From: Ylistrum balloti
Lineage: Eukaryota
Direction: 5' to 3'
Length of the DNA: 60,856 nucleotides
Assembly (NCBI RefSeq): GCF_031769215.1
Contig: NW_026781950.1
Span: forward strand, 1,984,001 to 2,044,856
Shown here piece by piece: positions 50,307 through 60,856 of the stretch (within the stretch, counting starts at the first letter, position 1; each line of letters starts with the position of its first letter). The notes below the pieces were generated by a model that saw nothing but the letters and a program-made list of their open reading frames with translations, was not told where the DNA came from and made no database searches. The position numbers were made by a program, and so were the translations under genes.

Positions 50307-51856
50307 TTTATTAGCCCACCATCTAATAGATGGTGGGTTATTCAAATCGCCCTGCGTCCGTGGTCCGTCGTCTCGCCGTCCGTCCGTAAACAAATCTTGT
50401 TACCGCTATTTCTGGAAAAGTACTGGATGGATCTTTCTCAAATTTCATATGCAGGTTCCCCTTGGTCCCTAGTTGTGCATTGTACCTTTTTAGAACTGAT
50501 TCGCATTCAAGATGGCCGACAGGTGGCCATCTTGGATTTTGGAAGTAAAAGTTTGTTACCGCTATTTCTGGAAAAGTACTGGATGGATCTTTCTCAAATT
50601 TCATATACAGTTTCCCCTTGGTCCCTAGTTGTGCAGTGTATCTTTTTTGGACTGATTCGAATTCAAGATGGCCGACAGGTAGCCATCTTGGATTTTGGAA
50701 GTAAAAGTTTGTTACTGCTATTTCTTGGAAAGTACTGGATGGATCTTTCTCAAATTTCATATACAGTTTCCCCTTGGTCCCTAGTTGTGCATTATACCTT
50801 TTTGGACTGATCCGAAATCAAGATGGCTGACAGGCAGCCATCTTGGATTTTGAGAGTAAAATCTTGTTACTGCTATATCTGTGGAAGTACTTGATGGATC
50901 CTTCTGATATTTCATAGATATTGGTTTCCCTTGGTCCCTAGTTGTGCATTGTACCTTTTTTTAAACTGATTCTAATTCAAGATGGCCAACAGGCAGCCAT
51001 CTTGGATTTTGAATGTAAAAGTTTGTTACTGCTATTTCTTGGAAAGTACTGGATAAATCTTTCTCCAATTTCATATGCAGGTTCCCCTTGGTCCCTAGTT
51101 GTGCATTGTACCTTATTTGGACTGATTCGAATTCAGGATGGCCGACAGGCAGCCATCTTGGATTTTGGAAGTAAAAGTTTGTCACTGCTATTTCTTGGAA
51201 AGTACTGGATGGATCTTTCTCAAATTTCATATACAGTTTCCCCTTGGTCCCTAGTTGTGCATTGTACCTTTTTTGGACTGATTCGAATTCAAGATGGCAG
51301 ACATGTGGCCATCTTGGATTTTGAATGTAAAAGTTTGTTACTGCTATTTCTTGGAAAGTACTGGATGGATCTTTCTCAAATTTCATATGCAGGTTCCCTT
51401 TGGTTCCAAGCTGTGCATTATACCTTTTTGGACTGATCCGAAATCAAGATGGCTGACAGGCAGCCATCTTGGATTTTGAGAGTAAAATCTTGTTACTGCT
51501 ATATCTGAGGAAGTACTGGATGGATCCTTCTGATATTTCATAGATATTGGTTTCCCTTGGTCCCTAGTTGTGCATTGTACCTTTTTTGGACTGATTTGAA
51601 ATCAAGGTGGCCCATAGGCAGCCATCTTGGATGTTGACAGTAATACAGCACAAGCATATTGTCCTTTATCCAACTGTAACTGACTGCTTTCTAATAATAC
51701 TTTGGGATCTTTTTCAAATGAGTACATTCAATGAAGACCAGTTCATGAACATTTACAACAGCTGTAACAAACAAAAACAAAAAATAAACAAATCTTCAAG
51801 CAGTGAATACAGATCCTCAAATGGTGGGCGCCAAGATCCCTCTGGGATCTCTTGTT
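50307..51856 (+). mobile_element. Apparently complete Helentron-associated HINE-like element with 8 tandem ~156-bp cores
   Basis: 5' hairpin/subTIR agcccaccatct-aat-agatggtggg; (cgtc)-type microsatellite head; cores starting 50399, 50555, 50711, 50866, 51025, 51181, 51337, 51492; 3' inverted subTIR atggtgggc (51821), hairpin agatccc-tct-gggatct, then cttgttt. Matches the described HINE/DINE-1/pearl architecture. Confidence 0.85.
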
Positions 51857-53777
51857 TACATATTATATTACATATTGAAACAATATATTGCATGATGAAA
51901 ACAACGGAACGCTAGAATGATATTATATGTGTAACACATACAGCTGTATGATCGTAAATGAGTTTCCATGGCATATACAAGAATCAAACTTAATATATGT
52001 GTTTCACCAAACACTCAAGACGCTAAACATTACTTCTGAAATAATTTATGATTGGTTGATACTGTGAACTTTGACCTAAAATGATTTTCAAGCATTCCTG
52101 AAATTAAAACACACAATAAGTTGATTTACCATTGTATTGTTTTGTAGATAAAAAGCTCATTGATTACTCCTTATAATTTGCAAAAAAATATATATAACAT
52201 TCCAACACATTAATTAATGGCATTTCCTTACAAGTCATTTAATTACGTCCTAACAGATTTCATTACCAAAACAAACAAACAAACAAACCCGAGTACAATA
52301 AGGTCAATTCATTGTCGGGATGGCTCTTTTATCGTGACGGAAACAGCCAGAAGCTCGTGTGTGTGTGTTTTTTTTTTTTTTTTTTTTTTTTGTTTTTGTT
52401 TTTTTTTAATGTTAACAAATGAATAGAAGAAATATTACATACTACAAACACAACTTTATACGGTAACTTGTTTTATGAAGGTTTTTAGATGAATCATTGC
52501 GAACTTTGGCGGACAAAAATTGAGACTTCAAGACGAGTTTCGACAACTTATAAATGAAACAAAACAAAATCCAAGGGACACTATTTATCACATAACTCAA
52601 ATTAACATTTTGACAGGTCTTAAATCGAAAATACTGAAGACCGAATCAAACGGAGGCAGGTGTTTAGTCGTGCGATTTTCTAATCATGACGTAACATCAT
52701 AGACTTGGCTAAGTAGCCGAGTTGGTAAGCGTTGATATGGAACACTTAAATATGATTTTACCATTACAACCCCTCCCCTCCTACGTCAAAAGTCAAAATG
52801 AAGAATACTATGCTAGCTAACAATATAATGCAATCATATCTATTATTTGACAAATGAATTAAACCAGTTTAATTTTGATTTTTTTTTTTTTTTTTTTTAT
52901 TTTTTTTATTTAATTTTTAAATTTGATCTTAACAACTGACAACTAATAACTATTAAAGCGATAGCATGCCAACTCTGCTTTACATTATCACAGAGAGTTT
53001 CTTCATCGGGTCGAGAGTTGTTTCCCTGTTTGAGCTTTTTTGTCTTTATACTTTTCAAAATATCAAAATGTATATTCCTGAAAACTAATTGAAATGTCTA
53101 TATAATCAGAATGAGATGTTGGCAACGTCACATTTTGCTGTATTACTGATATTCTGACGTTTTGTTGAATAATTAAACGTTTTTGTATTGTACACATATG
53201 TCAGTGGCGTTCGGCTAGCGAATATTGGCAAATATAAAACCAACATCTTCGTCATCGATATCTGATGATAGTGTATAGTCAGGCTCTTTTAAACACCAGT
53301 TCAAAACCATAAGGAATAAAGTCAGATCTGAAATCATTGTTTTGTATTTGTAAAATGCCGTATCATTCCATAATATGATAAATGTACTATTCTTTGCACA
53401 AATCAGTTTAAATACACTTAGTAATATGAACTTTCATGTGTTCAATGACCCATTAAAAGTATCACATATACCGGTATACGCACTCACCCAATATATGCAG
53501 ATTTTTTTTTTATTTATTTATTTATTTATTTTCGTTTTTTCTCTTGCGCATTAAAAGTAGTGTATTATCCATACATTATATATGTATATACACTACCTCA
53601 GGCATGGAGAACGAATGTTCATGTTTTCTCTAACACATCAAAATTAAGATTTTTTCGTGTCTCCCCTGGCGCGTAAAAAAATTATGCATAGGACCTGTTT
53701 ATCTCAGCGACACCTGAAGTTCTGTGAAATCGTGGTCAATATCATATGGTACTCCTACTATTACTTTTTCATTTCAG

Positions 53778-53875
53778 CAAATCCGGCCACATGTAGAAAG
53801 AAAATCCAGTCTTAATGATTTACCTCTGAAAGTAGAAGAGTTGCCTCCCCTCAACCATGTCAATAACTACTGAAG
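53778..53875 (+). other. Possible 5' non-coding exon of the TRIM gene
   Basis: ttttcatttcag acceptor, gaag|gtaag donor, then a 63-nt intron ending ttttaaatag at 53938; inferred from splice signals only. Confidence 0.35.
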
Positions 53876-54071
53876 GTAAGTAGTTAAATATATGTAACTC
53901 ACTGCCTTTCGAATTTATTTTTATTTTTTTTTAAATAGACTTGGGTTATGATTCATAATCTTATCAGCAATTTGTCTTAAATACGACGCATGGACCGGCA
54001 TTTACAAGGTATAAATCTACACGTTACACCGGTTTCAATAATCAAACTTGTTCCTGGTCCAACGATAACAA

Positions 54072-56075
54072 ATGGCCGCGTCAAGGACAAGTACACGTAA
54101 AAGTATTGAACCGTCCAGAGAAATACTGGACTGTTCGATTTGTCTGGAGCAATTCAGGACACCGCGATCGCTGCCATGTTTACATACGTTTTGTGAGGAA
54201 TGTCTCGGTCTATACATTTCGTCCCAAGAGAGCAAGACCGACTTCCCATGCCCTGTATGTCGATCGACTGTGCTACCCCCGAATCCCAAATCGTCGAAGA
54301 AATCTTGGGCTGGATCATTTCCGTTAAATCATCTGATTGTTACACTGATGGATGAAGGAAGTAAAAGCAAAGACTTTGTTAAATGTACAATGTGTTACGT
54401 TAGGGATGATTCATCTGTTACAGCAATATACTGGTGTAACGATTGTCGTGAGGGGCTTTGTGAAAAATGTTACTCGTATCATCAGAAGACTAAAGTTCGA
54501 TCAAGACACAGCTCTAGTCTTATAGAAGAAACGGGAGTCCCGATCAATCCAGATGTAGAAATTGATGAAGATTGTCCACGTCATCGTGGCAAAGTTCTAG
54601 AGGTGTACTGTTCGGATCATTTGGAACTCTGCTGCGTTATCTGCTTTGCTACCAAACACAGGGAATGTAAACATATTACCTCCATCGATGACGTTTCTGA
54701 AGAGTTTGATGTGAAGGAGGTATGCTCGGCATTCTTCTCTGAGATGGCGGAAATCACACGTGAAACGAAGTCTATTGTTGCACTCAAAGAAAAAGACATC
54801 GAAAATGTTGGCACGAAAGTCAAAACCATCGCCATGGAAATCACGCAAATAGTTGACGTGAGTAAGGATAGAATGGATTATCTCCGAAAATCCTTGATTG
54901 ATAACATGAAACACAAATATGAGACAGAAAAACAGAAAGTAGAGGAAAAGCATAAATATGTCCATGCCTTTGAAAATGATGTGAAAAATTGCTGCAAGGT
55001 CATAACGTCAGTAAGTTCCGGGACGCGTCGACAAGCTTTTGTCATGTTCGAGAAGATTAAATCCGAACTTAGCAGTCACTTCCAACAACTCAGGTTGGAA
55101 ATGGCCGGGGATGTTGATTTGAACTTAAAGTTCAACATGAATTCTTCACTGGTATCACTGGTCACTCTGGAATCCTTGGGGGAAGTGGATATGCAGAAGG
55201 CGCCATCTAGAAGAATACAAAAGATCCTGACACAGATGGCTAGACACCTTAGTCGATTCAAACATCCCTCATATTTGGTAGATCCCATGCACTCCAACAT
55301 AAAGCTCGTTAAATCTGTCACTAAGGAAGACGTTGGCCTCGGGCAAGTTAATCTCGCTGGTGGAACGTTTTTACAGGATGGCAGGTTACTTATCGCAGAC
55401 TTTTCCTCTAAAAGACTAATCGTATTTGGTGAAGAGTTTGATGATGTCACCACACTTTCCGTATCAGGACAACCGACTGATGTTGCTTTACATATTAATG
55501 GTTCAAATACACATGTTTACGTATGTGTAGATGGAAATAAAATTTTCCGATATGACCTACTTGAAGAAACTACATTTGTTAAGATGAAAACGATCGAAAT
55601 ATCCAAAAATGTTTGGTCTGTTACAGCTTTAGACGACGTTTTGATAACAGGGGGGGAGTTTTGCATTGATACGATATGCATTGACGGAAATGTGATGGAT
55701 AAATCTGTCTGCAGTGGTTTCCCTCATCTTGTTGGCAAGCATGAGTTGAATGGGACATATTATCACACAGAAGGAACCGAGATAGTGTGTAAGAAACTTA
55801 GCGGAGATGAGGTGTTCCGGCACAACGTTAGGAAGCCTGTAGATGGCATAGCCGTGGATCAAGACGGAAATGCCTATGTCGTGTATGAAAACAAGGACAG
55901 AACCGGAAGTGTGTACCAGGTATCACACAATGGTGAGCGATCCAGATATCTGATTTCAGCTCTTAACAGTATAAGAAAGCCATATGGGGTTATTTATAAC
56001 AGAACAAAATGTATGTTTGTAGTGGTGTCAAACGCCGAGGATACACTGATGGAGATTTACGAGTTTATTCCATAA
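54072..56075 (+). CDS. TRIM-NHL-like E3 ubiquitin ligase (RING, two B-boxes, coiled coil, NHL/beta-propeller), single coding exon, 667 aa
   Basis: C3HC4 RING CSICLEQF..LPCLHTFCEECL..CPVCR; B-box1 CTMC..WCNDC..LCEKCYSYH; B-box2 CPRH..YCSDH..CCVIC..H; helical mid-region; NHL-like repeats (DGRLLIADFSSKRLIVF, PVDGIAVDQDGNAYV, PYGVIYN). Confidence 0.93.
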   Translation: MAASRTSTRKSIEPSREILDCSICLEQFRTPRSLPCLHTFCEECLGLYISSQESKTDFPCPVCRSTVLPPNPKSSKKSWAGSFPLNHLIVTLMDEGSKSKDFVKCTMCYVRDDSSVTAIYWCNDCREGLCEKCYSYHQKTKVRSRHSSSLIEETGVPINPDVEIDEDCPRHRGKVLEVYCSDHLELCCVICFATKHRECKHITSIDDVSEEFDVKEVCSAFFSEMAEITRETKSIVALKEKDIENVGTKVKTIAMEITQIVDVSKDRMDYLRKSLIDNMKHKYETEKQKVEEKHKYVHAFENDVKNCCKVITSVSSGTRRQAFVMFEKIKSELSSHFQQLRLEMAGDVDLNLKFNMNSSLVSLVTLESLGEVDMQKAPSRRIQKILTQMARHLSRFKHPSYLVDPMHSNIKLVKSVTKEDVGLGQVNLAGGTFLQDGRLLIADFSSKRLIVFGEEFDDVTTLSVSGQPTDVALHINGSNTHVYVCVDGNKIFRYDLLEETTFVKMKTIEISKNVWSVTALDDVLITGGEFCIDTICIDGNVMDKSVCSGFPHLVGKHELNGTYYHTEGTEIVCKKLSGDEVFRHNVRKPVDGIAVDQDGNAYVVYENKDRTGSVYQVSHNGERSRYLISALNSIRKPYGVIYNRTKCMFVVVSNAEDTLMEIYEFIP

Positions 56076-56767
56076 ATACGACATTCTTTGGCTATGTTCG
56101 TATGAAGATGAAGTGAGATACATAATGTACTGTTAAATACTTTTATCAATTACTTTGTTCACTCGCAGACACCCTACGTCCCGTAGGGACTCTAATCAAC
56201 TATTTTACTTCAAAGTGGTAATTAACACTGTTTATCAAACTAGACACCAAGAAATAACTTCCTACATCACATAAATTTTATTTTTTTATTACACTACTTC
56301 AGCTCTAAACTGTATACTGTGATAAGAGTGAGGCATTTTTATACATGTAGTTAAAAATGAAGAAATAACTACAAAAATAAAACGCAAGATCTGTAATACA
56401 ATGTTTGATTAGTTGCGTCACAAGAAATCCCTACCCATTTTCTTTTTTTTTTTTTTTTTTACAAATTTAGAAGTTAGGTGTCTGATGAAAATTAATTCAA
56501 CGCTGTTCTAGTTTTTAACTGTAGTTTGTCAACTGTGGAAGTTTGATAATATATTACATCATATTTGTGTAATATTCACATTTGCACGGCAATGCTGTTA
56601 TAGAAATCAATTTGGAACATACATAGATTAAACATTCGTACAATTTCGATGGGGAATTCAAATCTGAAACCTGCGGATCAACATACATTACTGTATGTGA
56701 TACATTTTATTAATTAATTGATATCTGAACATGGAAACACAAGTGATGAAGGGAGACATTTTTGACA

Positions 56768-56838
56768 TTTTCGAATTCACGATCTACAGCCCAAAACGAC
56801 TTGCCAAGACATTCTGCCTAATCAACTACACCACTCCG
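56768..56838 (-). mobile_element. Possible degenerate tRNA-derived SINE head
   Basis: Minus strand ggagtggtgtagttgatt (A-box-like) .. gaattcgaaa (weak B-box); no cloverleaf. Confidence 0.2.
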
Positions 56839-57179
56839 ATATACCCAAAAAAAGGGTGTTTGGAAGTCTTCGACAGGTGGACATTCTTAACATGATCATT
56901 ATGACAAGTTGTCTATATATATTGTGCCTAGAGTGCAAAACATGCATAGATTTGTGCAACACATTTTTGATATTTTAATCACCATCTGACATACAACAAC
57001 TTGAGATTATTTTTTGTCCGCTATAGAGGGGCTTCGAAGGGATCATCGATCGAGACATCTAAATTTAGAACTTTGTATTCGTTTTATGTTTAATGTGTGT
57101 GATGTAATTTATGTAATATTTGTGTCTTAATAAAGGGACAGGTTGTCTCGAAAAAAGACAATTCGTTTGATTGATTTTA

Positions 57180-57183
<4 letters not shown>

Positions 57184-57230
<47 letters not shown>
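57184..57230. repeat. (TA)n microsatellite
   Basis: Directly visible. Confidence 0.97.
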
Positions 57231-57237
<7 letters not shown>

Positions 57238-58477
57238 TAAATATTTCCCAACACGTAACCAATATCATGTTATTCTAGCTGGTATATAAACGGCTATAGT
57301 ACACTCAAAGTGGCTATTCCGTTAAAAACACATATATGGACTGGAGGCATTTCTAACGGGAAGGTATATCAGCTGTTGGTAAAGCATATTAGAACATAGT
57401 AGTCGTTCGCCAAGAGTTACGTCCCCTTCACATCTCCGTCGTAACAGGCTTCACATTAGAAAGATACGACATTTGGCATGTTTTTATTAAAGTTAAGGTA
57501 CAAATGGTTGTTGCTACATCTATTACATTTCGTGACAACGACACAAGGATGTTTTATGCATGCTCCAGTAGTTATAATGAAAAGCAATCAAAGGAAACAT
57601 CCGTAAAATTACTCGAGTTCATCTTGCAGCTTGCTGCTATTACAACGTGAAACACCATGGCGGACGAACGGGTTTCCCCAAGTTCAATATAGGTTGCTAT
57701 AAATATTTATTCAATAAGCTATTACGCTCGATATGACGCATTAGGGATTTAATCCCATCTGTCAAATGAAATTGGTCAACAGAAAATCTATTTTAAGCCC
57801 GTAATTACCGGCATGACGATGCAGTGTTGATGCAAATAGACGCCTTCAGAAATAGTTCCGGGCCAAGGAAAAACGGACCAATGACAACAAAATTGAAACA
57901 GTAACTTTATTAACAACAATAAATTGACATTCCTTGTCAAATAAAGCATATATCAAAACTAGATATACATATATCCATTATCAAAAGCCATCATTCCACA
58001 ACTATTTTTTTTATTTAAAACGAAGTCAGAAACACTTGCATATTTATATGTAGCCACAATGGCTTGTCTAGATAATTAAGATAATAAAAATAATTTCGAA
58101 AAGTCCCTGTGATTTTGCTACTTCTGGTTATTAATTTTGTAAATATGCTTTTTTTCTCACATGATGTACAAAATATTGCCCCATTAGGATATTCTGACAA
58201 GGTGAAGTTAACGACGCCATCAAAAGACCATGGCTGCAATAGTAATAATGGTATTGACTTATCTGCAAATAAATTGGCAACCATACAACTTAATGCTAGA
58301 ATCACTGTAATTCCTCCACCAGTATGAGTGATTTACATTATTCTGATAGTGTAACAAACAAGCTCTGTCCCGTCAGTTTATCCTAATAGGGATCTGTGAA
58401 GGTATACTGGAATGCTGACAATATTCATATATTGAACAATCATTTTAATTTGTCACACGAAAAAAAAAAAAAAAAAA

Positions 58478-58868
58478 CAAGAGCCTGTTTCAGGTCACGA
58501 AATACGCCTGTGATTTTGTCTGACTATCACCTACACTATTTATGCTGTATATAATATATTGCATTTGTTTCAATGGTAATTGCGTAATACTTTGCAAAGT
58601 TATTGCACCGACATTGAAAAGGTTACAGACATTAATGGGCCGTAACTCTAAAAGTTGTGGATCAAAAATCATGGAAATCAAACTCAATCTAGCTTTGATT
58701 GTACTTAAGCTTGCAATGAAAGTTAAAAGAAATCTGTTAAGGCTTAATAAATTCCAAAATCGCTGGGACATTGAAATGTTTACGAACAGAGGGACATACG
58801 GACGGAAGATGGACGGATGGAAGACGAGAATACCATAATATGTCCTGTCATTTGACGGATGTATAAAA
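58478..58868 (-). mobile_element. Short HINE-like element of a second family
   Basis: aacaagag terminus, one core (gggccgtaactc..atcaaactcaatct), ggac/ggat microsatellite, head hairpin (ttttatacatccgtcaaatgacaggacatattatgg on -). Confidence 0.65.
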
Positions 58869-58997
58869 TACATAAATATCAAACAAAAAAAAAAGAAGTA
58901 AATAAATGTAAAGATCATAAATCTAAAATAATAAGCAAAATCACTTGAGGTACGCATATTGTGCATAAAATACATTGAAAAATTAATTTAAGATTAG

Positions 58998-59031
58998 AAA
59001 CAAGAGGCCCATGGGCCTTATCGGTCACCTT
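58998..59031 (-). mobile_element. Isolated HINE-type terminus
   Basis: aacaagaggcccatgggccttatcggtcacct: palindrome aggcccatgggcct next to the aacaag end; related degenerate termini at ~22741 and ~23624. Confidence 0.5.
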
Positions 59032-59289
59032 AGAATCAATTACTTCACAAGCAATGGTAAGAACTGACAGTATTTCTGATATTGATTTACATTTATTATT
59101 AACAGCTAATAGTTGTCTGCTGTTTAAAGAATTATAAAAAAAATCATCACATGTTTTGTTTTTTATTTGTCTATTTCATTATATCTAGGAACATTTATCT
59201 TATAGTGATATAGTGACAGCTGTCAGTTGCTCACTTATTATGAGTCCATACTAGTTTATGGAGAAATTACTGAAATTAGCATGTCTATG

Positions 59290-59640
59290 TGTGCTTGATG
59301 ATGAAGATAATGATGTTGACTGTGTCTAAGAATCTGCAGCATCCTTATGCATGGAAGTTAAAGTGTGTGAAGAAGCTGATATTGAGGATGTGTGATGCTG
59401 CTGATGTTGGTATATATGATGATGTTGAGGTGTGACGATGCTGATTTGGTATGTGATAATGCGGATGTGTAATGCTGCTGAAGTGTGATGATGCTAATGT
59501 TGATAGGTGACCATAATGATGCTGATGGTATGTGATGATGCTAATGTGTGACGAGGATGATGATTGTATATGATGACGTTGATGTCAGATGCTGATGTTG
59601 TTTGTATATGTAACAATGCTGGAGTGCTAGTATGGCTGCA
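59290..59640. repeat. Degenerate (GAT/GCT/GTT)-rich low-complexity tract
   Basis: Repeated gatgatgctgatg(t/g) motifs with no long ORF. Confidence 0.7.
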
Positions 59641-60733
59641 AGTTATAAATATATGTTTAGAGTGATTGTGTTACATAGTGTCTATGATAGTTAAGATATA
59701 GTGTGCAACTCAAAATGCTGTGTGTTTAGTGGTGAAAATGATGCATGACTATACTCTGTAAGTGTGTGACGATGGGAGTTATAGACTGATAGTATATATG
59801 AATCTATTTATTCCTCGTGTGTTTTTCGATAAATAAAAAATAAACAAATATATATAAATAAATGAAAATAAAATTAATATTATCCCTGTTAATAATTAAC
59901 ATTTAAAATTACTTTTGCTAAATGATTCTCTTGGCATGTTTAAATGGGTTAAAATTTCCCTTGCACCGGTTGCAGTGCGCTTCCATAAAATTCTACAACG
60001 ATACTACGCGATCTCTAAAAACTACAGCTCAAGCACCATTTCATCAATTAAATAATATTAATATAATACAAAAAGAACTATTACTTACGCATAAGAACTC
60101 ACCACAGTTCCCCTGTAAGCAATTTCTTTCCTTGAGGTGCACGTAATACCCGCCATGCTTACATAAAAATAAAATCAAGTAGGAAAGCTCCGTGCGGGGA
60201 GGTAACTCTGCACGAACGTCAAAAATATGCTGATATGGATTGTATTTTATTTGTCAAGAGCTTATGTCTTGTATATACGTTGAGGGTATTTGCACAGATT
60301 TGAAGTTTTCTTGGTAAAAGTATTTGAGTTTTGAGTGGAAAGCGGATAGAAGTCCTTGACCGGTACATTGTGGGTTTCAACGATGTCGGCACGATGTGGG
60401 CGTTGTTGTATACATCTATATAACTGGTCAGGTAGTGTAAGATAATTGACTAGTTCCGGATATTTGACCCGGCCTCCGGATCCTTGTTTTCGTGTTTATA
60501 TGTGTGTTGTTGTTTTCCGTAGAATAAATTGGCGGTAAAGTGAAGACAGCGTGGTTTTCTAATCTGTGATGTATGGGTTTTATCGTGCCTCTCATAGCCA
60601 AGCAGACGGGTTTCCCCTGCACCCCCATAACATGGTGGAGAATTCCAGCCTTCATCTTGATGCTGAATCGGTTGAGTTTTTGTGTTGTTTTGAATATTGA
60701 CTAATTACTCGCAAACATTCTATGATTCATACC

Positions 60734-60856
60734 ATGTCGGAGACGGACGAATTCTTGAATGATGATTTCCTGAAACAAAATGAACTTAAACTTGTTGATG
60801 ATGTTGATTATTGTGGAAACGATGACTCTCCTGTAATGTTGCCGAGGGATCAGAGT
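60734..60856 (+). CDS. Possible start of an acidic ORF running off the window end (unidentified)
   Basis: accATG then 41 open codons MSETDEFLNDDFLKQNELKLVDDVDYCGNDDSPVMLPRDQS; too short to assign. Confidence 0.25.
   Translation, partial: MSETDEFLNDDFLKQNELKLVDDVDYCGNDDSPVMLPRDQS

Noticed and set aside
50338-51479. 137-164 aa ORFs on both strands
   Set aside because: They lie within 156-bp HINE cores (multiple of 3); repetitive with no transposase motifs.
60200-60655. Minus-strand ORF fragments vaguely resembling integrase or transposase segments
   Set aside because: No DDE or other catalytic motif could be aligned convincingly, and the frames are interrupted by stops.

Overview
AT-rich, intron-containing animal genomic DNA. 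The gene content (USP triplet, CABIT-SAM protein, RING-B-box-NHL TRIM, HINE-type repeats) suggests a mollusc, probably a bivalve; this is an inference. Genes reconstructed by hand from splice sites and reading frames: the 3' half of an HCN/Ih channel (+, 2824-9052), GLMP/NCU-G1 (-, 6 exons, 20214-26710), a GAREM-like CABIT-proline-rich-SAM protein (+, 29220-32489), three tandem universal stress protein genes (-, 34520-50130) and a single-exon TRIM-NHL ligase (+, 54072-56075). Repeats include several minisatellites and Helentron/HINE-like elements. The standout is the 2.2-kb '45-bp satellite' at 11791-13978. On the minus strand every unit is a complete minimal hammerhead ribozyme (CUGACGA/CCGACGA-GUCC-loop-GGAC-GAAA-CAGCU-GUA|UGAUG). 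That gives about 48 head-to-tail ribozymes, and neighbouring units can complete each other's stem III. A solitary homolog with the same flanks sits in a USP intron at 41098-41283. Ribozyme activity and transcription are predictions; no database search was run.
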